The position numbers and the translations under genes are program-made. A DNA stretch of 64,000 nucleotides, from the NCBI GenBank assembly GCA_963718575.1, contig OY970358.1, forward strand, positions 514,172-578,171, read 5' to 3'. Positions 37,581 to 46,884 of the stretch are shown here, piece after piece. Origin of the DNA: an uncultured bacterium (GTDB lineage Bacteria; Patescibacteriota; Minisyncoccia; UBA6257; 2-01-FULL-56-20). The first letter of the stretch is position 1, and each line of letters opens with the position of its first letter. The notes beneath the pieces were generated by a model. The model made no database searches, was not told where the DNA came from, and saw nothing but the letters and a program-made list of their open reading frames with translations.

Positions 37581-37918
37581 TTTTGTTGTGCTAATCATCT
37601 TCGATCCCATCGGTAAAAAGCTTCTGGCGTTTATTTTGTTGTAGATGGGAGTACGGCATGACGCTCCAAACATGGATATTCCCTATTTCTCTCTGTGCGC
37701 ATGGAACGCTGGAGGTGATTAACCCCATCCGCATTGAGAATTGTTTCCTGCTTAAAAAACGGGCTATAGATCGTCCGTTGTGTATCGTAAATTTGGCGCG
37801 CCTTTTCCTTTTTCTGTTCGAAATAACCATCATCCATGAATAATATCGTAGATTATTTCTCGTTCGATACCAAAAAGTTTTTAAGAATTTTTTAATATTA
37901 TTTCGGTATGATGAGCCA

Positions 37919-38495
37919 ATGATATATATCAACGAATGGTTTCCAAACCCGGTTGGCAATGATGCGGCCGGGGAATTTATTGAACTCTATAATAGTGGTG
38001 CGGCCACGGTAAGTCTCGATGGCTATGCGCTGGGCGATGGCGCAAAAAAGAGATTCTCATTAAGTGGCTACAGCATCCCGCCCGGCGGCTATTTGGTGTT
38101 AACACACGCAGACGACAAGCTGACTTTGAAAAATACCAACGGGGAAGTATTGTTATATGGGCCGAGCGGGCAAGTGGTGGATAGTGCGAGCTTTACTGGC
38201 GCGGCGCCGGAGGGGAGGAGTTTTTCGCGAGTGGATTACGGCGCGGCGACGATCGCAGCACTTTGCGTTCGTGTATCCGACGCCCGGCGCGGCGAACAAG
38301 ACGGTCGATACGACAGTGCACGCGAATGAGTATCCGTCGGGAGTTTCTCTTTCGCGTCAACTTTCGCCGGGTGCGTTCACGCTGCTCACGTTCGGCGTCG
38401 GATCGTTTTTTCTGCTATTCTTCATTTATGCCATCCAAAAAAATAGAAACATATCACAGTTTTTCTTCGGAGGAGACGAAGAAACTGGGGTTTGA
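37919..38495 (+). pseudogene. lamin-tail-domain (LTD) protein with C-terminal TM anchor, interrupted by a frameshift near 38240-38260
   Basis: LTD signature (INEWFPNPVGNDAAGEFIELYNSG...VSLDGYAL...IPPGGYLVL...EGRSFSR) in frame 1. The end of the domain (VYPTPGAANKT) and a TM helix continue in frame 2 (track ORF 38157-38495). Confidence 0.55.
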
Positions 38496-38893
38496 TATTG
38501 CGCAAAAGCTCGAAGCGCGGTCCGGCGGTGTTCGCGCTCCAGGGCGATCTTGGCGCGGGGAAGACGACGTTCACGCAGGGGTTTCTAAAAGGGCTGGGAT
38601 CGAAGAAGCGCGCAACAAGCCCGACGTTCGTGTTGATGCGCCGACACGGGCTTGGCAGTGGCACGCGTGGCGGCAAGAAATTCAAAAATGTTTTTCACAT
38701 CGACGCCTATCGCCTGAAAAAGCCGGAGCATCTGGCGGCGCTCGAGCTCGATGTTATCCTTAACGAACCGGGCAATATCGTTCTCATCGAGTGGCCGGAG
38801 CAGGCGAAAAAATTTTTACCAAAGCATACGGTATGGATAAAATTCAAATACGGGAAAAACGAGAACGAACGGATAGTCACAATAAAGAGATGA
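38428..38893 (+). pseudogene. tsaE: tRNA threonylcarbamoyladenosine biosynthesis protein TsaE, interrupted by a frameshift near 38515
   Basis: TsaE N-terminus (MPSKKIETYHSFSSEETKKLGFDIAQKLEA) lies in one frame (track ORF 38263-38763). The P-loop core (VFALQGDLGAGKTTFTQG...SPTF...IDAYRL...IEWPE) lies in another frame (38492-38893). Confidence 0.65.
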
Positions 38894-39858
38894 AAAAACT
38901 TTTACTTATCGATGCGAACTCGATTATCCACCGATCGTTCCACGCTTTGCCGCCATTTACGACGCCGGAGGGAAAACCGTCGGGCGCGATCTATGGCATC
39001 GCAAGTATTTTACTCAAGCTGTGGCGTGATGAGCGCCCGGACTACGCCGCTGCGCTTTTTGACCGGCCGGAGCCGACGTTTCGCGACGAGAAATATGCGG
39101 AGTACAAAGCCCAGCGCCCGCCCACGGCGGAAGAGCTTGTCTCGCAAATTATAGAGGCTCATAAATTATTCGACGCCTTCGGCATTAAAACTTTTGAAAA
39201 GGCGCGCTACGAGGCGGACGATCTTATTGCGACGCTTGCGGAGAAATTTAAAACATTGCCGGATGTGCGGGTCGTGATCTTGACCGGCGATCGCGACACG
39301 CTGCAGATGGTGGAAGGGGACAAGCTCGTCGTGCAGACGTTCAACAAGGGCGTGAGCGACACCACGATATATAACGAACCGGCGGTGATCGAAAAGTACG
39401 GCATCGCGCCGAAGCAGATGGTGGATTACAAGGCGCTCGTCGGCGATTCGTCGGACAACATCAAGGGCGTGCCGGGCGTGGGGCCGAAGACGGCGTTGGA
39501 GTTGATCAAACGATTCGGCACGGTGAAGGAAATGTATAAACAGCTGGATGGCAAGGCGGTGGCGGATGACGATGCTGAGCTGAAAAAAATTCGCGCGCGT
39601 TTCGGCGCGTTCAAAAAAGACGCTGAGCTTTCGGAAATGCTCGTGACGCTCGAGCGCCATGCGCCGATCGAGATCCCGCCGATCGAGGAACTCGCGCCAT
39701 TCGAGAATACCGACGCTGCGGCGAAGTATTTCGAGAAGATGGGATTCGCCACGCTTCTGAAGCGGATCCTTATGCCCGCGGCGGACGAAAAGATCGAAGC
39801 GAAGAAGAGCCCAAAAATAAAGTCGAAGCCCAACAACAATCAGACGGCGCTTTTTTAA
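38890..39858 (+). CDS. 5'-3' exonuclease (Pol I N-terminal / FEN-like domain, stand-alone)
   Basis: MKKLLLIDANSIIHRSFHA..., acidic catalytic residues (YEADDLIATLA, LTGDRD), and an H3TH motif (VPGVGPKTALELI). The start overlaps the tsaE stop (ATGA). 322 aa, no polymerase domain. Confidence 0.85.
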   Translation: MKKLLLIDANSIIHRSFHALPPFTTPEGKPSGAIYGIASILLKLWRDERPDYAAALFDRPEPTFRDEKYAEYKAQRPPTAEELVSQIIEAHKLFDAFGIKTFEKARYEADDLIATLAEKFKTLPDVRVVILTGDRDTLQMVEGDKLVVQTFNKGVSDTTIYNEPAVIEKYGIAPKQMVDYKALVGDSSDNIKGVPGVGPKTALELIKRFGTVKEMYKQLDGKAVADDDAELKKIRARFGAFKKDAELSEMLVTLERHAPIEIPPIEELAPFENTDAAAKYFEKMGFATLLKRILMPAADEKIEAKKSPKIKSKPNNNQTALF

Positions 39859-39892
39859 GAATAGCTCGCGGTGATGCTATAATAGAGGGACA

Positions 39893-41241
39893 TTGAAGAA
39901 TCAAACCTCAAAATTCAAAGAAGTCATTTTTTGGCCGGAATTCCAGTTAATCTGGGCGCTCATTGCGACCATTGTTGCGCTGATCGTTATTAATAGCGCG
40001 AGCTTCGCCAATCTGGGATTATGGATGATCGTCGCGGACGCCGCTTTGTTTTTGATCATCATCGCGCTTTCCGCGCTCGGCATTTATACTTCCGCGAAGA
40101 AGGATCGCGACACGAGCGTCGAGCGCAGTGAGCTGAACAGCATCCTTGAAGAGCTCAACGACGGGCTCATCGTATACGAAGCCGACTTCCGCGTGATCTT
40201 CTTCAATCCCGCGGCGGAGCGCATCTTTCAAGTTTGGATGCCAAGGCGGTGGTCGGCCACGTATTTTCTCCGCGCGACGTGGAGCGCGAGGGATGGCGCA
40301 CGCTCACACAGATCGTGTTCCCGTCGCTTGCGCCGCGCGTCGTCGCACGCACGAAAGAGGACGAGTATCCGCAGATCGTCGATATCTCATTCACTGATCC
40401 GCCGCTCGAATTCCGCGTGACGACCGCGCCGATCGTGGACGAGCGCGGCAGTACACTCGCGTTCATGAAGATCATCCGCGATCGGACGTCGCAGGTGCTC
40501 GCGCTGCGCTCAAAGAGCGAGTTCGTGACCGTCGCTTCGCACCAATTGCGCGGGCCGGTGACGGACATCAGCTGGGCATTGCAGTCGCTTACCAATATCC
40601 ACGGGACTGGATGATACCAATAAGATGATCCTCGATACACGCGCTTGCCGCGAGCCAGAGTCTTTTGCGCCGCATTGAGGACTTGTTGAATATCGCGAAG
40701 ATGGAAGACGGCCAGTTCGGATATAAGTTTGAAGACGCCGACATCGCCGATTTTATCTCGAAAGTATTAATGGAGGTTTTGCCTGCCGCGCAGAAGGCGG
40801 GGATCAAGATATATTTCGACCGGCCGCAGGAGCCCCTGCCCCATGTGATGATCGATCCGCGCCGGCTCTCGCTCGCGCGTCACGAATCTTCTCGAGAATG
40901 CGATCCGCTACAACGTGGAGAATGGCGAGGTGACGGTGAAGGTGGATAAGATGCAGGACAAGCCGTTCGTCGTGGTGAGCGTGAAGGACACCGGCATCGG
41001 CATCCCGCCGGAGGCCATCGAAAAGCTTTTCAACAAGTTCTACCGCGCCGACAATGCGCTCAAGCGCCAGACCGAAGGCTCCGGCCTCGGACTCTATATC
41101 GCAAAAGGCATCGTGAACGCCCACGGCGGCCAGATCTGGGCCGAATCCGAGCTCAATCGCGGCACCACGATCTCCTTCGCACTGCCCACCGACCCGAATT
41201 TGGTGCCAAAGACCGAGATCGGCGCGGAGGATTTGTTTTAG
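39893..41241 (+). pseudogene. sensor histidine kinase (TM-PAS-HisKA-HATPase_c) fragmented by at least 3 frameshifts
   Basis: Four successive ORFs in different frames carry the TM and PAS start (39893-40420), the PAS end and H-box SHQLRGPVT (40234-40614), the X/N region RRIEDLLNIAKMEDGQ (40665-40949), and the N/G1/G2 ATPase motifs (40915-41241). Junction near 40640 reconstructed as a 1-nt shift. Confidence 0.7.
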
Positions 41242-41283
41242 CTCTTCCCTTGTGATTTATTTTCGCATATACTTGTAGGCGAA

Positions 41284-42990
41284 ATGAGCGCGTCGAAATC
41301 CAAGCCCACCCACAAATATATTTTCATCGTCGGGGGAGTGATGTCGGGTGTCGGCAAGGGGGTTGCGTCGTCATCCATCGGAAAAATTTTGCAGTCGCGC
41401 GGACTCGAGGTCACGTCGATCAAGATCGATCCGTATGTGAACGTCGACGCGGGCACCATGAACCCCACCGAACACGGTGAGGTTTTTGTTTTGGACGACG
41501 GCACGGAGTGCGATCAGGATATGGGCAACTACGAGCGCTTTTTGGACCGCGATCTCTCCGGCGTGAACTACATGACGACGGGAAGCATCTATCAGACGGT
41601 CATCCAGCGCGAGCGGAGCATGGGCTACGGCGGAAAATCGGTGAGCGTGGTGCCGCACATCCCGATGGAAGTGATCGATCGCATCGATCACGCGGCGGAA
41701 CTCGCAAAGGCGGACGTCGTGATCACGGAAATCGGCGGCACTGTCGGCGAGTACGAGAACATTCTTTTCATCGAAGCGATCCGCATGATGAAGTTCAGGC
41801 ATCCGAAAGATGTGCTCGTGGTGCTCGTGAGCCACTTGCCGATCATGAGCGATGACAATGAGTTGAAGACCAAGCCGACGCAGCAGGCGGTGCGCGCGCT
41901 GAACGGCACGGGCTTGCAGCCGGATATCATTCTCGCGCGCGCGAAGTATCCGCTCGACGACAAGCGCAAGGAAAAGATCGCGTTCAATTGCGGCCTGCGC
42001 GAAGAGGACGTCATTTCCGCGCCGGATGTTTCGAGCCTCTACGATATTCCGGTCAATTTTGAAAACGACAATCTTGGTAATTTAATTTTGGAAAAACTTT
42101 CGATGCGCCCGCGCGCGAAGGACATGAAGGAGTGGCGCGCGTTCGCAGAAAAGATCCATAATGCGAAGGAGGTGGTGCGCATCGGCATCGTCGGGAAATA
42201 TTTTTCGAGCGGAAAATTCATTTTGGCGGACTCGTATCTTTCTGTAATCGAATCGATCAAGCACAGCGCCGCGTTCTGGGGCGTGAAGCCGGAGATCAAG
42301 TGGCTCGACTCGGGCCAGTTCGAGGATGTGAAGGATGGCGGCCAGGGTGCGGCCGGCCTGAGGGAACTCGACGGTTTTGACGGCATCATCGTGCCGGGCG
42401 GTTTCGGTTCGCGCGGCGTGGAAGGTAAATTGAAGGCCATTCAATACTGCCGCGAGAACAAGATCCCGTACTTTGGGCTTTGCTACGGGATGCAGCTCGC
42501 GACGGTGGAATTTGCGCGAAATGTTTTGAAAATGAAGGGTGCGAACACGACGGAGATCGACCCGAAGACGAAGTATCCGATCATCGACATTTTGCCGGAG
42601 CAAAAGAAGTTGATGGAAGAAAAGAAATATGGCGCGACCATGCGGCTTGGTGCGTATCCTGCGGTACTTAAACGGGGAACGATTGCCGAGAAGGCATATG
42701 GCCACGAGAAGATCTCCGAGCGGCACCGGCATCGCTACGAGGTAAATCCGGCTTACGTGGATCGACTCGAAAAAGGCGGCGTCACTTTCTCCGGCGTGTC
42801 GCCGTCGCGGCGTTTGATGGAAGTGATGGAACTCCCGCGAAGCGTCCATCCGTTCTTCCTTGGCACGCAGTTCCATCCGGAGTTGAAATCGCGCCCGCTC
42901 AAGCCGCACCCGTTGTTCCGCGAGTTCATGAAGGCCGCGAAAGCGCGGCGCGGGGCGGCCCATCCGAACGCAGTGGCAACGGCAGTGTAG
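41284..42990 (+). CDS. pyrG: CTP synthase
   Basis: N-terminal synthetase domain (KYIFIVGGVMSGVGKGV), and a C-terminal glutamine amidotransferase domain with catalytic GLCYGMQ and His/Glu. 568 aa. Confidence 0.95.
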   Translation: MSASKSKPTHKYIFIVGGVMSGVGKGVASSSIGKILQSRGLEVTSIKIDPYVNVDAGTMNPTEHGEVFVLDDGTECDQDMGNYERFLDRDLSGVNYMTTGSIYQTVIQRERSMGYGGKSVSVVPHIPMEVIDRIDHAAELAKADVVITEIGGTVGEYENILFIEAIRMMKFRHPKDVLVVLVSHLPIMSDDNELKTKPTQQAVRALNGTGLQPDIILARAKYPLDDKRKEKIAFNCGLREEDVISAPDVSSLYDIPVNFENDNLGNLILEKLSMRPRAKDMKEWRAFAEKIHNAKEVVRIGIVGKYFSSGKFILADSYLSVIESIKHSAAFWGVKPEIKWLDSGQFEDVKDGGQGAAGLRELDGFDGIIVPGGFGSRGVEGKLKAIQYCRENKIPYFGLCYGMQLATVEFARNVLKMKGANTTEIDPKTKYPIIDILPEQKKLMEEKKYGATMRLGAYPAVLKRGTIAEKAYGHEKISERHRHRYEVNPAYVDRLEKGGVTFSGVSPSRRLMEVMELPRSVHPFFLGTQFHPELKSRPLKPHPLFREFMKAAKARRGAAHPNAVATAV

Positions 42991-43007
42991 AAGCATATAA
43001 TAGTGGC

Positions 43008-43793
43008 ATGATCATCTTCCTCTACGGCCCGGACGATTATCGCCGTTCTGAAAAGAAGCGTTCCATCATCGCGGAGTTTTCCAAGAAACGATCGGAGATC
43101 GGGCTTGGCGTTTTTGATCTGGAGGAAAAGACGGCGCTGGAAAATCTCGGCGAATTTTTAAAGACGCAATCTATTTTTGAAACGGCGAAGCTTGCAGTGC
43201 TTGAAAATGCATTCGAACTCGATGCGCCGAAACTCGCAAAATTATTGAAGCCCTTTATCGAGATTAAAAATATCACCATCCTGATCGCGGAGAAGGACAA
43301 GCCGGTGAAGGCGCTCGCATTCTTGTTGGAGAAGCCGACGATCTCGCAAAAGTTCGAGACGCTCGCCGGTGCGGAGTGGGTCGCATTCATACAAGCCGAG
43401 GCAAAAAAGAATAACGTGAGGCTCGCGCCCCCCGCCGCGCAATTCTTGGGGACGGTTTATGGCGGCAACACATGGGGGCTTATCACCGAGATCGAGAAGC
43501 TGGCGGGGTTTAAAAATAGTGCAGTGATAGAGAAGAAAGACCTCGACGTGTTTGACCTTGAGGTGGCGCCGAACTATTGGGGACTGATCAACGGACTGAA
43601 GAATTACGACATTAAAAATAGATTATACGCGTTCGAAACGATGCTTGCGGCGAATGATCCGCCGGCAAAGATATTCAATATTCTGGCATCGCAATGGCAA
43701 GAAAAAACCCCGCACATGGCGGAGTATGATCTGGCCGTAAAGTCCGGAAAAGTGGACTATGAGGAGGCCTTGGTGGACTTATTGATAAGCTGA
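43008..43793 (+). CDS. holA: DNA polymerase III delta subunit-like (HolA)
   Basis: N-terminus MIIFLYGPDDY and the overall ~260-aa AAA+-lid architecture typical of short HolA. Assignment by pattern only. Confidence 0.55.
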   Translation: MIIFLYGPDDYRRSEKKRSIIAEFSKKRSEIGLGVFDLEEKTALENLGEFLKTQSIFETAKLAVLENAFELDAPKLAKLLKPFIEIKNITILIAEKDKPVKALAFLLEKPTISQKFETLAGAEWVAFIQAEAKKNNVRLAPPAAQFLGTVYGGNTWGLITEIEKLAGFKNSAVIEKKDLDVFDLEVAPNYWGLINGLKNYDIKNRLYAFETMLAANDPPAKIFNILASQWQEKTPHMAEYDLAVKSGKVDYEEALVDLLIS

Positions 43794-44032
43794 GAAAGGC
43801 GCGACTTCAAGCGGCTGGCCTTGTTCTTTTCGATGACCTTAGCTTTCGCAGCCTTATCAAGCGCTTTGAACACCGTCGGAAGCGCTTTCGCGGCATCCTC
43901 GAGCTTCTTTGCAACGACGAGCTTGCGGAAGGTGACGACCTGAAGCTTGTACGCCTCTTTGCGAACGACATTCCGCTTATGGCGGGTGGCGTTCTGGCGG
44001 AGCGCCTTCTTTGCTGACTTTGTGATTGGCAT
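43757..44032 (-). CDS. rpsT: 30S ribosomal protein S20
   Basis: MPITKSAKKALRQNATRHKRN... basic helical protein of 91 aa, typical S20. Confidence 0.88.
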   Translation of the reverse strand: MPITKSAKKALRQNATRHKRNVVRKEAYKLQVVTFRKLVVAKKLEDAAKALPTVFKALDKAAKAKVIEKNKASRLKSRLSQLINKSTKASS

Positions 44033-44124
44033 AACGCTTATTATATATAGAAAGTGAGAATTTACAAGGGAGTTGACTATTATAAAAAATTAGGATATTA
44101 TTTTGCCAGCGATGGAGGTATCGC

Positions 44125-44508
44125 ATGGCGACGTTAAAAGATATTCGCTTAGCGAAAGGGCTTAAACAAATTGATATAGGAGAGAAGCTTTTCTCTCCTA
44201 TAGGAGTATCGAGAGCCTATGCGCAGAAGCTGATTTCTCTGTGGGAAACAGGGAGGGCGCTTCCCGATGAAGCGCAGAAGGATGCCCTTTGTGAGGTTCT
44301 CGAAGTCCAGCGCGAGGAATTATCCTTTGAGAGCGAAATTCCCACGTTTCTATCAGTGGCTGCAAAGAAATCCTTTCTGCTTGAGATCGGCGTCCGCGAG
44401 GAGAATGTATTCCTCATCCTCAATAACCCAATAGTCCATAAATCTATTGCAAACGCTATGAATTGCGCATGCGATAGCTTGCGGAAAACATTTGAGGAGG
44501 GCTCATAG
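44125..44508 (+). CDS. XRE-family helix-turn-helix transcriptional regulator
   Basis: N-terminal HTH (LKDIRLAKGLKQIDIGEKL...SRAYAQKLISLWETG). 127 aa. Confidence 0.65.
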   Translation: MATLKDIRLAKGLKQIDIGEKLFSPIGVSRAYAQKLISLWETGRALPDEAQKDALCEVLEVQREELSFESEIPTFLSVAAKKSFLLEIGVREENVFLILNNPIVHKSIANAMNCACDSLRKTFEEGS

Positions 44509-44583
44509 TGTGAAATCTACACCGTGAGCCCTTTTGTTTTCCCTTAATGTATTTTTAATGCCCAAGCGCGCTATAATGAACGC

Positions 44584-45168
44584 ATGATATACAGCATTAA
44601 GGGCTCGCTGGCGCTTAAAGAGGCGAACTTCGCCGTGGTGGAAACGGGCGGCTTGGGGCTTAAGCTTTTTGCGAGCAAGCAGACGCTCGAGGCGCTTCCG
44701 GCGGCTGGCGCGGAAGTAAAATTTTTTTGCCATCTCCACGTGCGCGAGGATGCGTTGGATCTTTTTGGGTTCACGACCGGCGATGAGTTGGAATTTTTTG
44801 AGATGTTGATTTCAGTTTCCGGCGTGGGGCCGAAATCTGCGCTCGCGATCTTAGACACGGCGCCGCTCGATGAGCTTTCTGCGGCGATAAAGGAAGGTCG
44901 GCCGGATCTGCTCACGCGCGCGGCGGGGATCGGTCGCAAGACGGCGGAGCGGGTGATCGTGGAATTGCGCTCAAAGGTGCAATCGTCGAAATCCGGCGCG
45001 GTAGTGGAGAAGATGCAGACGGACTCCGATCTCGTCGAGGCACTGATGAGCCTCGGCTATCACCGCGATCAGGCTCGCGCCGCGCTCGGCAATGTGAGTG
45101 AAGATGTGGTTGGCACGGAGGCTCGCTTGCGTGCCGCACTTGCTCTACTCGCGAGTAAGCAAAAATAA
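44584..45168 (+). CDS. ruvA: Holliday junction DNA helicase RuvA
   Basis: MIYSIKG... OB domain, tandem HhH motifs (ISVSGVGPKSALAIL, RAAGIGRKTAERVIVEL), and C-terminal domain III. Confidence 0.9.
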   Translation: MIYSIKGSLALKEANFAVVETGGLGLKLFASKQTLEALPAAGAEVKFFCHLHVREDALDLFGFTTGDELEFFEMLISVSGVGPKSALAILDTAPLDELSAAIKEGRPDLLTRAAGIGRKTAERVIVELRSKVQSSKSGAVVEKMQTDSDLVEALMSLGYHRDQARAALGNVSEDVVGTEARLRAALALLASKQK

Positions 45169-45192
45169 CATGCGGCCATAAATCATTCATCC

Positions 45193-46461
45193 ATGCAAAT
45201 TTTTTTTAAAAATCTCCACCCGCGTTCCGTCTACCATTTTTTATGGGCGTGGACCGGCGCGCATCTGCACGGGCATCCGAGCAAGAAACTTTTCGTGATC
45301 GGCGTGACAGGCACGAAAGGAAAGACGACGACACTTGAATTGATCAACGCGATCCTGGAAGCCGCGGGCAAACGCACGGCGCTCATCTCTTCGCTTCGCA
45401 TAAAGATCGGCGATGAGAGCCAGAAGAACGCCATCGGCAACTCGATGCCGGGCCGCGGATATCTGCAGAAATTCCTGCGTCGCGCCGCGCGCGCGGAGTG
45501 CAATTATGCGCTTGTAGAGGTGACGTCACAGGCGGTCGTTCAGCACCGGCACCGCTTCATCCATTGGAATATGGGCGCGCTTACGAATCTCGCGCCCGAG
45601 CATATCGAATCGCATGGCTCGTTTGAAAATTATCGCGCGGCGAAATTGGATTTTTTGACGTACGTTATTGAAAAAGGCGGAAAGGTTTTTTTGAACCGTG
45701 ACGATAAGAATTTCGATTTCTTCATGGAGGCGCTCAGCGATAGCGAGCCGATCGCCTATTCCAAAGATGATGAATTCTTCCATGATTCGTTGCCGCATAT
45801 CCGCTCCACGCGCATGCGCCGCGATAGCGAGGCACCGCATTTCCTGATGAGCCCGTTCAACGAGGAGAATATCGCTGTCGCGGCGGCGATCGCGAAGGAA
45901 CTTGGTATTGCGAATAAGATCATAGACGATGCGATCATGGAATTCGAAGGCGTGCCGGGACGAATGGAGTTCGTGCATGTTCGCGATTACACCGCGGTCG
46001 TGGATTATGCGCACACGCCCGAATCGCTCGAGGCCGCGTATGTGGCGGCAGCGCCAAAACCGACGCGGGACTTTCCGAGGCCCCGCCTGATCTGCGTGCT
46101 TGGTGCCGCGGGCGGCGGACGCGATACATGGAAGCGGCCGTCGATGGGTACGATCGCCGCAGATCACTGCGATGAGATCATTTTAACGAATGAGGATCCC
46201 TACGATGAAGACCCGCAGGCGATCATGGATGAGATCGAGACCGGCATCCCGCAACCACTTCGCGAGGGTCAGCATGTTTATAAAATCCTCGATCGTGTGC
46301 AGGCAATCGAGAAAGCGGTCGCGCTCGCGAACGAGGGCGACGTCGTGATCGGCACGGGGAAGGGAAGCGAGGATTGGATCCACGCCGCAGGCGGGCGCAA
46401 GATCCCATGGAACGAACGCGCGGTGTTTGACGATGCGCTTGCGAAGCGAGTGGGGAAATAA
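45193..46461 (+). CDS. murE: UDP-N-acetylmuramoyl-tripeptide synthetase (Mur ligase, MurE-like)
   Basis: Mur ligase P-loop GVTGTKGKTTT, middle-domain motifs, and VDYAHTPESLEA (the MurE-type DYAHTPDAL motif). 422 aa. Confidence 0.8.
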   Translation: MQIFFKNLHPRSVYHFLWAWTGAHLHGHPSKKLFVIGVTGTKGKTTTLELINAILEAAGKRTALISSLRIKIGDESQKNAIGNSMPGRGYLQKFLRRAARAECNYALVEVTSQAVVQHRHRFIHWNMGALTNLAPEHIESHGSFENYRAAKLDFLTYVIEKGGKVFLNRDDKNFDFFMEALSDSEPIAYSKDDEFFHDSLPHIRSTRMRRDSEAPHFLMSPFNEENIAVAAAIAKELGIANKIIDDAIMEFEGVPGRMEFVHVRDYTAVVDYAHTPESLEAAYVAAAPKPTRDFPRPRLICVLGAAGGGRDTWKRPSMGTIAADHCDEIILTNEDPYDEDPQAIMDEIETGIPQPLREGQHVYKILDRVQAIEKAVALANEGDVVIGTGKGSEDWIHAAGGRKIPWNERAVFDDALAKRVGK

Positions 46462-46497
46462 AAAAACAGCCTCGCTCCGGTGAGGAAGCGAGGCTGT
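46460..46497 (-). terminator. Rho-independent terminator read on the minus strand (cagcctcgc...gcgaggctg, A-run on plus)
   Basis: Seen in sequence directly after the stop of minus ORF 46508-46822 and after the murE stop. Confidence 0.55.
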
Positions 46498-46507
46498 CAG
46501 GAGCGGC

Positions 46508-46822
46508 TTAAGCCATTCTTATGGCGGGGATTTGGTGGCTTCGACCGCGGGGCTTCGGCTGGTGCCGCGTGATCTCGCGAAGGACGGGACTTCTTTTTAC
46601 CGGCTTGGTTTCGTTTTTGAGCTTATAGCCCATGATCGCCAATCTAAGCTCCCGCTGTGCGTGCGGCGGAATGCCTGAAGCGTTTCTTTGCGCGAAGAGT
46701 TGTTCGACGAGAGCGCTTACTGCCGGATTGTTATAATCGGTTTCGGGTGACTGGCTTGGGCCATGCATTGCGGCCGTTACGCGCGCGATTTCTCGCTGTG
46801 AGTGTATAACCCTTTTCCCCAT
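46508..46822 (-). CDS. hypothetical small protein
   Basis: 104-aa ORF with its own terminator. No family assigned. Confidence 0.4.
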   Translation of the reverse strand: MGKRVIHSQREIARVTAAMHGPSQSPETDYNNPAVSALVEQLFAQRNASGIPPHAQRELRLAIMGYKLKNETKPVKRSPVLREITRHQPKPRGRSHQIPAIRMA

Positions 46823-46884
46823 GCGTGATTTTCTCCGACGAGTGAAGTTGTTCCGCCAATTACGATACTCTATACTTACCTCAT

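Noticed and set aside
37591-37959. Small minus-strand ORFs (37440-37673, 37591-37959, 37631-37837) in the AT-rich spacer after ruvB
   Set aside because: Poor coding composition. They overlap each other and the terminator. The region is better explained as structured non-coding sequence.
42082-42996. 304-aa ORF antisense to pyrG (and 41371-41835)
   Set aside because: Shadow ORFs within a canonical CTP synthase gene.
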